From NCBI GenBank assembly GCA_964016885.1, contig OZ024741.1, positions 234,298,001 to 234,362,000 on the forward strand: a stretch of DNA of 64,000 nt. Direction: 5' to 3'. Below, in pieces: positions 1 to 13,108 of the stretch (positions are counted from its first letter, which is position 1; each line of letters starts with the position of its first letter). The notes under the pieces are model-generated. The model worked only from the letters and a program-made list of their open reading frames with translations. It did not search any database and was not told the origin of the DNA. Source of the stretch: Eledone cirrhosa (lineage: Eukaryota). Position numbers and translations under genes: made by a program.

Positions 1-1123
1 GAATACATAGACAAGGACCCGGAAACTGGAAGCTGAACGTATCGCTACCGACACGTAAACCCTACAGTGAACGGATAAGTAGATTAGTTAAGCAACAATT
101 GACGGGAGCCATCAACAACAGATGGTGGTACTGCCTCAAGAAAGCAATTAGAGTAGAGTCTATAGACTTTAGCAGAGAGTTAGCCTTAGAGAGAAACAAA
201 ACAGAAACGGAACTAGTAGCCAAGGTAGAGGAGGCGCTTAGGAGTGGCAACGTAGCTAGAGTGCTAGCAACGAGAACGGCACTGGACCAGTTCTTCGACG
301 CGAAACACGAAGGCTGCGTGGTCAGAAATAAATCACGTGCTCTAGGAAACGAGGGGGCGAAAGCAGTTAGCTGGGCCCGAGTGGCAGAGGCGAAAAGTGG
401 CAACAAGTCCACGATTCGGTCTTTGAAAGACCAAAACGGACGCATGCTACTTGACCCCAAGCGGATGTGCGCCGCCTTTCAGCAGAACTTTACGTAACTG
501 TTCGGGCAGAATGGCGGTGCGTCGTATACCTCGACGGCGTGCCGCGTCTCTCGAGCATGGACGCCGAGTCCTGCGAAAGACCGATCACAGCCACTGAGAT
601 ACGGGACGCTCTGGGCCGCTGCGGGAAACACAAATCACTCGGTCTGGATGGTCTACCCTATGAATTTTACGTAGGCATGCCGGACTTGTTCTCTGGCGTC
701 CTCGAGGCAGTCTATTGCAACTGTCAGCAGAACGGGAGAATTCCTAGTTCTGCAGGCAGGGGCGTAGTAACGCTGATCAGGAAAGACGAGAACAAGAGAG
801 ACGAACTAAGCAACTTTAGGCCCATAACTCTGCTCAACACAGAGTTAAAGATTTTGGCCAAGGTGTTGGCAACGAGGTTGGCGCTTGTTGTCGAGAACCT
901 GGTAGGGAAAGTGCAATGTGAAATCCCGACCAGGTCCATACACGACAACCTCTACCTCATGCGATACATCATAGAGAGGGCGGGGTGTAAACCCGGCTTT
1001 GGTGGGGCTCTGATCAATTTAGATCAGTCTAAGGCGTTCGATAGGGTCGACCATCGATACTTGGAAGTGGTTCTCAAGGCGGCCGGTTTCGGACCCGTCT
1101 TCAGAAGCTGGATCGCCGCAATG
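1..1123 (+). mobile_element. Tx1/L1-clade LINE ORF2 fragment (RT), frameshifted; cut by window edge and by an RTE insertion
   Basis: ORFs 99..497 and 467..1291 give GLDGLPYEFY, NFRPITLLNTELKILAKVLA, INLDQSKAFDRVDH. Homology ends at about WIAAM (1123). Confidence 0.85.
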
Positions 1124-1921
1124 CAGACCAACATCTGCTCGATGGATGCTGCCCAAATAGGTGAAGTGATCGACTTCCTCGAGATCCTGTTGGTTGACTC
1201 TGATCACTGGACCTGTGTTGCTGGCCGTTCTCATGACCTTGGTCTTTTTGGTTTTGATTCTCAGGCCGATCTTTTCCGCACTCTCTTGTAGGGATGTTGT
1301 TAGGGCCTGCAGATCTGCACTGTTTTCAGCGATCAAAGCGATGTCGTCGGTGAATGCCAGATCCCTCAGCCTCGACTGCCCTCTCCATGGGATTCCTCGA
1401 TCGGGTTCTTCATCCATTCGCCTTAGTACGAAATCGGCTTCCAGCAGGAACAACAGTGGAGAGAATGCAACCCTGTCTGACTCCGGAGACAATATCAAGA
1501 ACTCCGTCACACCGAACTCAGTCCGCACGCAACAGCTGGAGTTTTCATACAGAGCCTTTAAAATGGCGATGAATCTTGCAGGAATGCCATACAGCTGCGC
1601 AACATTCCACAGCGTGTACACTGTCGAATGCCTTCTGGAAATCAATAAAATTGACCGCCAAAGGCTGTTGTAGCTCAACGCATTGTTCGAGAATGTTGCG
1701 TAGTGTAAAGATCTGTTCCGTGCAAGATCGATTTTTTCGGAAGCCGGCTTGTTCCTTCTGGAGCACAGAGTCGACAGCCTGCCGGGGTCGACGCAGCAGC
1801 TGATTGCAGAACGCCTTGCCTGGGACTGACAGCAATGTGATACCACGCCAGTTGTTGCAGTCTGCCAGGTTTCCCTTCTTCGGCAGTTTGACGATGACAC
1901 CGCGCTGCCACTCAAGGGGAA
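1124..1921 (-). mobile_element. RTE-clade LINE RT fragment, frameshifted
   Basis: ORFs 1545..1835 and 1019..1930 give EQAGFRKNRSCTEQIFTLRNILEQ, FIDFQKAFDSVH, LAFTDDIAL, FTYLGS. Confidence 0.88.
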
Positions 1922-1936
1922 CCCGACCAACCCTCC

Positions 1937-2060
<124 letters not shown>

Positions 2061-2095
2061 TTTAATATATGTTTTCCCCGCTAGCAATGTACATG

Positions 2096-2137
<42 letters not shown>

Positions 2138-2324
2138 CTGTGTGTCTGTGTGTACAGGTGTGAGAATGTGCTCATGTGAATGTATGCGTATGTATATTTT
2201 ATGTGCTATCATCAATGTGAATGTATACGTATATGTATTTTCTGTGTGCTATCATCAATGTATATTAGTGCTCTTATATGAGTTTGTGTACATGCATTTT
2301 GATATATTTTGTGCATATATAATG

Positions 2325-2445
2325 CCATTCTGAGTTCAAATCCCGCCGAGGTTAACTTTGCTTTCATCCTTACGGGGTCGATAAAATAAAAGTACCAGTA
2401 ATACACTGAGATAATTGCTGGCCTTGTGCCTAACGTAGAAACAAT
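2325..2445 (+). mobile_element. SINE fragment (B-box plus conserved core, cephalopod-SINE-like)
   Basis: gagttcaaatcc B-box followed by ctttcatccttacggggtcgataaaataaaagtaccagt. Related minus-strand copies at ~17775-17875, ~22920-23000 and ~30255-30340. Confidence 0.65.
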
Positions 2446-2496
2446 TATTTGGAATGTATTTTATTTCGATTCATATAATGTATGTATGTATATATG

Positions 2497-3130
<634 letters not shown>

Positions 3131-3192
3131 GATAGAATTAATAATGGTATATCGTGCAATGGCCATACTCGACAACGAAGGGGTAGCCATCA

Positions 3193-3277
<85 letters not shown>

Positions 3278-3281
<4 letters not shown>

Positions 3282-5230
3282 GTGGTTACACAACAGATAG
3301 TTCACCATACCGAGAACAATTTTTTCACCTTAGTCTACCTTGTGATCTTTCAGGGTGAGGAACGCCTCCAGCTTAGCTAGAGATTGTAGCTTCTTATCTA
3401 CCTTAAGGTCGGCGGCAAGTTCTTTGGCTTCTGTATTAATGTCGTGGTAGGCCATAGGGTTAGCTTTACTTCTAACCCCACATGTAGACTACTAAACCCA
3501 CCACGCACAGATATGGGACTAGTCAGTAAGGCCATACTTAGAAACATAGTTAAGACTATTAGGACCAAGTCCAACCTGCCCCAGTGGGAGAACAGCAACT
3601 CCGTAATTAAGTGGTTTAACTCCTTAAAATCCAAAAAAGCGAAGTTCACACAGTTTGACATTGTCGATTTTTACCCGTCGATCTCAGAGACCCTGTTAAA
3701 CAAAGCGTTGGACTTCGCTACCACTTACACCACCGTCGATGGTTTAGACAGGGAAATCATCGCTCACTGTCGGAAAACCCTCCTCTTCAACGACGGAGTA
3801 GCCTGCAACTTCAGACCTATTTGATGTCTCCATGGGATCGTTTGACAATGCTGACGTATGCGACTTGGTTGGCCTATTTATCTTAGACATATTACGTGTT
3901 AGATTCCCGGACTTCCACACGGGAATATACCGCGACGATGGACTGACTTTATCGAGCCATAAAAGTGGTCACGACCTCGACCGGTTTAAAAAAGACTTAG
4001 CTTCTACCTTCAATGAGTTAGGACTTAGGATAACAGTAGCTACCAACCCCTCTAGCGTAGATTTCTTAGACATTAATTTAGACTTTCGCACACACGCCCA
4101 CAGATCCTTCTATAACCTAAACGAAAAACTCAATTACATTCACAAGGACTCATGCCACCCTCCTACTGTTTTTAGAAACTTCGTAAATAATATCAGTACT
4201 AGAATCTCAAACCTCTCCTCTAATAAGGCTATCTTTGACAGGGCGGCACTCTACTATAACACGGCGTTGGCTAACAGCGGCTTCTCACAACCTATCACTT
4301 ACTCTCCCACTATCAACAACAGCAATAGGAAAAGTAAGCGCAACAATAGACAAACCATCTGGTTCTCTCCTCCCTTCTCACTCAACGTTAAAACCAATGT
4401 AGGAAAAAAATGTCTAGCCCTCTTAGATAGACACGATAGACACTTTCCCATAGGTCATAAATACCGTTCCATCTTTAACCGACACAAAGTTAAACTAGGA
4501 TACTCCTGCGCTAAGAACATGAAGGCCCACATCACCAGCAGCCCTAGGAGCAACACCCCACCAGGGTGCTCTTGCCGTAAGCCCGAAGCTTGCCCCCTTC
4601 AACAGCAATGCAATACACCAGCTGTAATTTATGAAGCTGTGGTCACTTCCAACCGACCAAACCAACCACAGGAGGTCAAATCCTATGTGGGCATGGCGGA
4701 GGGCCGATTTAAGGAACGTTTCCTGAACCACCAGTCGACCTTTAGGTACCCAGACAGACGTTCATCCACGAAACTCACGAGCCACGTATGGTCCCTCAAG
4801 GACTCAGGTATAGACTACTCCATTCAATGGAAAGCCATCACTAAGTCTAAGCCATACGCAAGGGGAAATCCGTCGTGTGGCTTATGTATTGACGGACGAA
4901 TAACTATTCTAAAGAGATTATGCAATTGCCTAAACACGAGAAATGAATTTTTCACACATTGTCCACACGTCACCACACACCTATTGCATAACTACAAAGC
5001 TCCGGATTGAATCGTTGTAATTTTCTTATCAACTAAAAACTTTTCGGACTTTCGCAGTTATCTCCCTTACACCTCTCGCACGCATTCTAGTATTGCCTGT
5101 GTGAAGTGACCGGTTTCTGCGCATGCGCGTTCGTACTCTGCTAAGAGTATTGCAATCGCTTGTCAGATTACAGAAAATGGTGCACTTTTAGGCTACGACC
5201 AGCCACACGAATTTGTAACAGATCCTGAAC
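3278..5230 (+). mobile_element. Penelope-like element, Naiad-type, 5'-truncated with internal 5' inversion, next to (TA)n
   Basis: RT motifs QFDIVDFYPSI, MGSFD, GIYRDDGL; CSC-x5-CPL-x3-C linker; GIY-YIG-type VIYEA...YVG...RF..H; C-terminal CGLC...LN.R.E...CPH. Confidence 0.9.
3465..5010 (+). pseudogene. PLE reverse transcriptase/GIY-YIG endonuclease reading frame (one break near 3800-3830)
   Basis: ORFs 3444..3824 and 3832..5010 (392 aa open to the stop). Confidence 0.85.
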
Positions 5231-5235
5231 AAACA

Positions 5236-5650
5236 ATGCCTGTGCTTTGAAGGCTTTTTAAGTGGGGAAAGGCCTTGTACTCGACCAATCCCACTCCCCG
5301 GGCATCAAAAACACTACCCGAAAAGGCGAACTGGTCAACATCATCGGATGCTTCCGAAGCCGTAGGGTTTTTTTTTAAGTTTCCCTCTCTTAGAAAGATG
5401 TTGTAACAACAACTGGGGGGCTTTCACTCCCAGATGAAAAAAAAAAAGGTACTATTAGGATGGCCGTTGACTCGGCTGAGTTCCTCCGTCCTTCACCGGG
5501 TCTTGTATTTCATCTCGCAGGGTGTCCAAATATCACACTCCTCACCAAGCAAGCTTGGTGAAGTTGCCAGTTTAGTCGCCGACGACCCGACCATGAGACA
5601 GGTTGTACTGGGTTACATGTTACCAATAGCACTCGACAGCGACCTGGCAT
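5236..5650 (-). mobile_element. RTE-5'UTR-like repeat (copy 2, inverted)
   Basis: Reverse-complement similarity to 2596-3130, e.g. tttagtcgccgacgacccgaccatg at 5571-5595. Confidence 0.75.
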
Positions 5651-5686
<36 letters not shown>

Positions 5687-5695
5687 GTGCATATA

Positions 5696-6173
5696 TGTAA
5701 CAAAGGGCAAATAAAAATGGTTGTTAAAATGAATTAGTAGTTGGTAGATGAAATAACAAGAATAGCTGATTTACTTTATATATAAAAAGGTTTACTTCAC
5801 TTCAGTCAAAAATAACAATAAACAAGTTACCACGAGTCGCGACGGTTGACGATGTTATTTTGTTGTTGGTTCATGAGGCTGGTATAGTCTGAGACCAGGA
5901 GAGAGAGACATTAATGGTCTGTAGTTGTCTGTGGACCTCAGCGGCCTGTAGTAGGCGGTGAATCTTTCACATAGCTATACTATAGCGTACGGCTCCGATC
6001 TCTCTGTGTGTTCGACGGGGGATGTATACAGACTTTATATACCTGTCGCTTTCTGTCTCCTTGCCTCGAGGGATCACCCACGCATGAACCTGTCCACGCC
6101 GAATTGGATGGTGACCTAGAATTTGACTTTTAGGTGTCACCTAAGGTTCAAGGCGTGAACAGATTTCGCTACA
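5696..6173 (-). mobile_element. Probable solo LTR in TA repeats
   Basis: Minus strand reads TGTAGCGAAAT...TTTGTTACA (TG..CA ends with short terminal IR) with a TATA-like gtatataaag near 6035; 478 bp. Confidence 0.6.
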
Positions 6174-7315
6174 TATATATATGTATATATATACATATAA
6201 TGTTGAATGATTCCATCGAGCAGATAAATGAAACAGAGTTCTCTATGCAAACTACAGATCTAGAATATTATAGGTATAGTTATCTTCAACACATTTTCGT
6301 TGCTACCGTTAATTTCTAGCTAGTTCTTTGATTTCGTCGTTAATTGAATTTTATGTGTCAGGTTTAGCCTTCTGGCATTTATTTGTTATAATCATGAGTA
6401 TAAACTGCCCATATTCATCTCTCTCCACCTCATACAGGTTTTTTCGTTTTTTTCAAAGAAAATAAATACATTTTTTGACGATCTAAATGTCTTAATGACT
6501 TTTATGAGGATTCTGAGTAAAGGACTAGGGTACCTACGGAACTTAATGTTAGGGCAACAAGTATCTAAACTTCAAGGCTGAGGTATTTACATATTGTTTA
6601 CATCGGAAAAGCCATCTCCTGTCCAACTGAAAATCCACACACACCCAAGATACCCCCTCATCAGATCTGCTAAATTCTCAATGACCCTATTTTTCTGTCA
6701 CCTATATACGCAAAAAAATATACTTAAAACACATTCCCAAGCACACACACATAAGATATACACCACATCACAAAGTCCTTGGTATTTTTTAGGAAAGTCC
6801 TTCGTATTTTTTTTAGGAAAAGTTTTTTTTTTTTTTTTAAAGATGTGTAAGGCTTACAAAATTGCATTACATACTAGCTAACACACATACAATTCGTACT
6901 TTATCGAGTGTTCAGGTTTTATTCTTTAGGAAGCTCTTAGAAATGGTTTAAGTTTTACAAAATACTTTACACACTAGATGGCACGCATACATTTCTATTC
7001 AAACTTGCCTATACAACCTTCATTATGCGCATGAGAGGAAAAACAATTCGCCTAGCTCCCCAAACTTTTCCAGTGAGAATTATCTTCATTGATGTTTAAG
7101 GACGAATAGTTTACGAGATACGGCATTCTCTTTAAAAATAAGTTACAACTTAAGTTACTCACATATTATACATAGACATCGATTCAAAGCCTGTAGTGTT
7201 GTAACATTGTATTTGGGGTTTGTTTTGGAGGATTACCCACTTATTCACGAAGAGACCTCTCCACGAAATATGACCATATTTCGTGAAGTAACAGTTTTTA
7301 TTTAACTTTTGTCCC

Positions 7316-7403
7316 TGCGCCAGGCGAGAGAGGCCGGTTTTAAAAGGGCTACTCCACTATACTGTGGTAGCCCTAGCTGGACCACGAAACCTAAGGTCGT
7401 GTA
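7316..7403 (+). ncRNA. Degenerate type-I hammerhead-like motif with long stem II
   Basis: tgcgc-CAGGCGA-(stem including gggctac/gtagccc)-GAAA-cctaagg-TC-gtgta; core has two mismatches to CUGANGA. Confidence 0.35.
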
Positions 7404-8619
7404 TACATGTAAGTGTATGAAATTTAAATATATACTAAATAAGCTCTCTTGTCCTAGATCGCGCATTGTTTTCCTTGGCGTTTTATCTACGATATCCTGC
7501 GCGCGCACACACACACACACACACACACGTACACACACATAAGGTGCGTAAATCTCAATGCTTAATTAGAGTCGACAGGGGACAGGAATCCAAGCCTAAT
7601 CAGAGGTGTAACCCGATGGGTTACTCGTCTAAACCTCAATAATTCGGAGTGAGTAATATACTTTAATGACTTTAAGCCGTACGTTTAATGCTTATATTCA
7701 TGTAAAATTTCAAGAAGTCTTACTACGACACTTCGGAAAATACCAATGAGACGTTTCTAACAGGTAGAACTAGACACTACACAGGCCTTAAACCTATCGC
7801 TATATTTATGTTGCTGTGCGGCTTTTTATTATTATAATCTTAATTTCACTAAAAATGCTGATGCTGTGGCCAGCAGCGACAATCACAACCACGCGCGAAC
7901 AGGGCTGGAGGACCCGACCAGTGACGGCCGTAGCAATTTGTTTGTCCCTTCAGCTAGGCTTTTTACTTTTAGGAGGGTTAGAATTTTTGAATTTAATACC
8001 TGTATGTATAACTTTTCAATTCCAAATACTTGCGTCAAGCTAACTTTGATATGTAAACTTGGGGAGTTTGCTGTGTATTCTAATTTTTTGTGTTTGATAA
8101 TACTGGTTTAGTTAGTTTTACGCAGCCTTTGGGTTTTATGATTTCAGGGAATTTTTTTCCTTTCCCTCTCTTTCTTTCGTCCCCCTTTTCCCCCTTGACT
8201 CTTAAATCCTTGTGCACCAACCTCCCGAAAAAATCAAACAAAAAAAATCGGGACTCGTAAGAATTCATGAAATTAATATGAACTTTGTCATCGCAGATAA
8301 ATGCGAATGAAGTTGATGGTTGAGCTTCCTAATTCTATTGTATTCTTATCCTTAATCTGTGCCCAAAGGAAATCTTCTAACACGTGAAGTAGATTGAGGA
8401 CCGCTCGGTTGGAGTGCCACGATTGGGCGAGGAGAAGGAGAAGGGAGAAGAGAGGAAAAAAAAGTATTGAACTCGACCACTGACTTTGCCTTTCAGCCAA
8501 GCGTTGCCCACCTTAACAATTTATTTGTTTATTTATTTCCCTTATTATTTTTATTCTTATTCATTCAATGTTTTTCATTCTTTGTTTCTGCTCCCATCTT
8601 TTTTTTTTATATATATTTC

Positions 8620-9410
8620 ATTCTGGCCCTAGAACTGGAGAAGGTTCTGGCCAACTGGACCACCGAAAGCCTCTCTGCCCCCCTCCCACCCCCCGTACAC
8701 AAATGTCCAATGTAGCAGGCGGATCGAGTCTGGCTTGGACAAACATCGCCTCGCCTGCCTCCGACCTGCTTCGCAGCCAAACAGCGGTGCGTGGCTCAAT
8801 TCAATGCCCTCCTCATCAATGGGAAGCCTTATTAATCAGAGTGGCCAAACACCTTGGCCTCCATGTGTGTGTGATCTACACAAATGCTGTTGGGGGTTTG
8901 TCATCAACGAGTTTGGCCTGTACCTATTGTCACGCCAACAGAACGCAGGCCAGTTGCCTTGACATGCCACTCTCAACAATATATTGAGAAGGAGCCTGGA
9001 TGCAGCCGGTTTCTCATCACAACTGAACCCAGCAGGCCTCGACCGAGGAGATGGCAAGCGCCCCGATGGAATTACACTCTTCCCATTCGAAGAAGGTAAA
9101 TCCCTCATCTGAGACACGAGATGCTGTGACACGATCTCCACCTCCAATTCAGTCACTTCGACCACAAACCCTGGTATTGCGGCACGCAATGCAGAGGACA
9201 GGATAACAAGCAAATACCGGGGCTTGTCCGGCCGCTTTCTCTTTGCACCGGTTGCTGTCGAGATCTCAGGCATCTTTGGACTCCGTACAGCCGAGCTCCT
9301 CCATAAAATTGGAACATCAGTAGCAGGTGAAGTGACTGTTGCAGCAGGTGTCGCTAGCCATTGTCCACGGAAATGCCTTTGCAGTTTTGTCCCAGAAGAT
9401 CCGACCTAGA
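8620..9410 (+). mobile_element. CRE-like non-LTR retrotransposon 3' region (zinc knuckle plus restriction-like endonuclease), decayed
   Basis: SGAWLNSMP and [26 protein letters not shown], then FAPVAVE. Confidence 0.75.
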
Positions 9411-9586
9411 TGTAGAGTCTGTTACCCTCTTTCCTTCCCCCTCTCTTTCTTGCCTAATAGTCTTTGCCCTTTCTTTATAGTCCTTGCTCTTTTCCTCCTT
9501 TTCTTCTTATCTATAGCATTTATAGTCCTTTCCTTTACTTTCCTATACAGCCAGATCTGCCCTTCTTTACTCCTTTTTTATTACTT

Positions 9587-11683
9587 TGTAGCAAGAGTTG
9601 CCTCCCATGTTGTGACGATCACATCACTAATAGAGTAACGCTCTCTAGACAGGAAGTAGCTGGAGTTGCTTCCCGTTGGGGTGGCAGAGCCCTTTTTGTC
9701 ACTTCCGTCCCAAACTATAAAGGGACCTATAAAGGGATTAACTTTCAGCTCTCTCTCTCTCATTTGCCGTTCGGCTCCTGGCCTTCTAACCTGCCTGGCC
9801 CTTCGGCCAGGCAGGCATGTTAGGGTCTGGCAACCCTAACATGGCCTCTTGCGAGCTAACTTCAAAACGGTAACAAATAACTTTACTTCATTCTTTCATC
9901 TACTTTCATTGACATGTCAACAATTCTATACTACATAACTTCAACTTGTTAATTAAACATTATATACACAACCGAGCATCTTTGTTATATTCATACACAC
10001 CAGTATTTTGTTTTAAGTGGTGACCCCGAAAAAAAGAAAAAAAAATGATAGGACCTGGTGTTGTGTGAATATATATAAAAAAATTAATTAGTAGTACCCC
10101 ATTTTCGTTGGAATGTGTCGACCAACATTTCGAATACGCAGCAAACTTTATTAACAAACTAGGAAAAATTCGCAGACACAGAAACGAACACACGCACATG
10201 TGAAATTCTCGTTCAGACAGACTCTTTTTCAACATGAACAATTATTTTTGCTGAATCTCAACTATTGCTTATTCTTTCCACCGAGTTTTTTTTTTCATCG
10301 TTCACAAAAAAATTGAACTCGCCATATTTGTTATACTAAGTGAAACCTTTCTTTCTTTTTCATCATATTGTCACGTTCACACACACATTTTTCAAAATGG
10401 CAGCCAACGACCTGTTGCACTATCATTTTCGCGCCATTTTCTCGCGCAATAGAAATATTTTTTTGTTCAACTTAACCTTGTTTCGGCACCTGTGGGCAGC
10501 ACACATCTCGACTCACTGAGATACCACGTGGTTTCTTGCCAAGGATTCTCCAGCCTTAAGCTATATTCTCCCATTTGCCGGTTTAAAAATTTACCACGTA
10601 AATTTGCCGTTGAAAACTGCGCATTTATTCAGAATGCTTATTTATTTGGTCGCTGGCCTCTTGACCCTTCCAGGTCAACGCATTCTCAACATCGACCATC
10701 AACTTTGGCTGTTATTTCTAGCACTTTGCGCAACTCATTTTTTCTGGGAAAATTTTTACTGTGAATTTAAACATCGAATACGCTCACTCCGCGAGACAAC
10801 AACACAGCTTCATCAATAACCAAAACCAGCAGAACAAGCCAGAGAATTTATTTTTGCAGCACTCTTCCTGTGAGAAAATCCCTTCGGAGGTTGGAAATTT
10901 CACATTATACCACAGACCAGAAACCACCTGCATTCATTCTCTGGAACACACTTTCTTTCCTGCTGCAATGTGATTGCACACATGAGAACTGTATTTTGAA
11001 CATTTGAACTTTGACCTCTTCTTTTACTTTGATTACATTGTATCTTTGACTGATGGATAGATAGATGTCCAGTCGTTCTCTGGCCAAGAGCGGTTGGCTA
11101 CCTTGACATCTATCATTGATTTTTGCATGCATATATTTTGCTGTTTTCCTTTTATTGCAAACATTATTTTTTTCGTAATTTTCATGCCTGTTACATGCTC
11201 GCCATCTTACTCCATACATGTTTCATTCGATTTTTATGTTTTAAAAATCTGGCGGGGGATAATGTAGCAAGAGTTGCCTCCCTTGTTGTGACGATCACAT
11301 CACCAATAGAGTAACGCTCTCTAGACAGGAAGTAGCTGGAGTTGCTTCCCGTTGGGGTGGCAGAGCCTTTTTTGTCATTTCCGTCCCAGGACCTATAAAG
11401 GGATTAACTTTCAGCTCTCTCTCTCTCTCATTTGCCGTTCGGCTCCTGGCCTTCTAACCTGCCTGGCCCTTCGGCCAGGCAGGCATGTTAGGGTCTGGCA
11501 ACCCTAACATGGCCTCTTGCGAGCTAACTTCAAAACGGTAACAAATAACTTTACTTCATTCTTTCATCTACTTTCATTGACATGTCAACAATTCTATACT
11601 ACATAACTTCAACTTGTTAATTAAACATTATATACACAACCGAGCATCTTTGTTATATTCATACACACCAGTATTTTGTTATA
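9587..11683 (+). mobile_element. Non-autonomous LTR retroelement (Gypsy-type signals): LTRs 9587-10015 and 11263-11683
   Basis: Near-identical ~420-430 bp direct repeats starting TGTAGC; ACTT TSD at 9583-9586 and 11684-11687; PBS tggtgaccccg at 10018; purine-rich ctggcgggggataa just before the 3' LTR; no intact ORF. Confidence 0.92.
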
Positions 11684-12143
11684 ACTTAATTTTGTTTTCA
11701 TCATTTTTAAATATCTTCCAGCAATGTATAACTTTTGTTTGTAAAATATAGAGGTTCTACAATGCTAATTTTAAAAAAAATTAGAATTTTTAATACAGTC
11801 GATTATTTCTAATCGCCAATCTTTTTCTCTCTATATAAAAACATGCCTCTACCGCACAACTTCCCCACTACTGCCTACACTAATAGCCTATTTTTATGCT
11901 TATACAAATCACCGGCTTCATATTTTCTATTCGTTCTCTTCGCTTTTGGTAAGCTTGCTTTGATTATATCTACTGGCACAGCACTTATCTATATAGGAAC
12001 AATTGTTGAGATTAAAGATAAATCTGGATTAGCAGCCTTGGTTTTCATTCTCTCTCTCTCTTCGTCTCTGTGTGTGTGTGTATGTCAGTGTGTGTGTGTG
12101 TCAGTGTGTGTGTGTGTGTGTAGATAGATAGATATATATATAT

Positions 12144-12450
12144 GAAGACGTGTGGCTTAGTGGTTAGAGCATTGCAATCGGAAGGTTGTGAGTTCTATTT
12201 TCGGACTGGGTGATGCATTGTGTCCTTTATTTCACGTTGCTCCATTTTACTCAGCTGTAGAAATGAGTTGCGACGTCATTGGTGTCAAGCTGTATCGACT
12301 ATTGCCTTTCCCTTGGACATCATTGGTGGCGTGGAGAGCGGAGGCTGGTATGTACGGGCGACCGCTGGTCTTCCACAAATAACTTGGCCCGGAAGAAAAC
12401 TTTCTAGGTGCAAATCCCATGGTAATTCGTAACCGAAGGGGGTCTTTACT
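12144..12450 (+). mobile_element. tRNA-derived SINE
   Basis: A-box tggcttagtgg, degenerate B-box gagttctatt; same head at 30776-30927 (-) and 38405-38520 (+). Confidence 0.75.
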
Positions 12451-13034
12451 TTATATATATATATATAAGGAGTTGACAGGACTAGCATAAGATTTCCCAG
12501 CTAGTACCGGTTGCATCTCAGCATATTCAATAGGTAAGGTTATGTAAAAATCCCAGAGAAGACAGAAAGTTATTTGCCTCAATACAACACACATAAATGG
12601 GTACCATAAATCTATACCCGTACTCGAGTTTCGACCACACTTAATACAGCAAGAGAGTGTACAGCATCTATTGTCTGCATTTATTATGCAACAATAACCA
12701 ATAACCAATCGATCGACAGAATTCGATTCCAGTCCGTGCCACCTATTGCAGTAAATGCGACAGGCGACACAGTAGTACATTAGTAACTAAAAATACCGTC
12801 AACCGATTGGGCACTGGTTCAGAAATTTACGTGATGGTAGGAGTCGAGATTCTATTCTTGGTCCCCTCCATAAGGACTTAACTAACATATCTCAAGTCAA
12901 ATACAAATTAACAAATCGGTTATTAGAGAAAATCTGTCTCGAATCGCTGTACATTAGAATGGTAGCATTCGGCTCTAGTCTCCGAATACGGCGCGACAGT
13001 AAACAATGAGTCCGACTACTTCAATAATATATAT

Positions 13035-13108
<74 letters not shown>

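Noticed and set aside
467-1291. Single 274-aa ORF (likewise 33164..34234) as an intact gene
   Set aside because: The frame runs across a junction into opposite-strand retroelement sequence.
3320-3355. ctgaaaga...gtgaaa on the minus strand resembling a hammerhead
   Set aside because: The ctgaaagatcacaag is coding sequence (LKDHK) of the inverted PLE ORF segment.
3820-3832. TGA between the two PLE ORFs as selenocysteine readthrough
   Set aside because: The ORFs are in different frames with a deletion; conserved cysteines use normal codons.
8288-8500. Possible Tc1-like transposase motif (LNLL..EDFLWAQIKDK)
   Set aside because: Too short and degenerate to support without a search.
12144-12215. 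tRNA gene
   Set aside because: No complete cloverleaf; it continues into a repeated SINE body.
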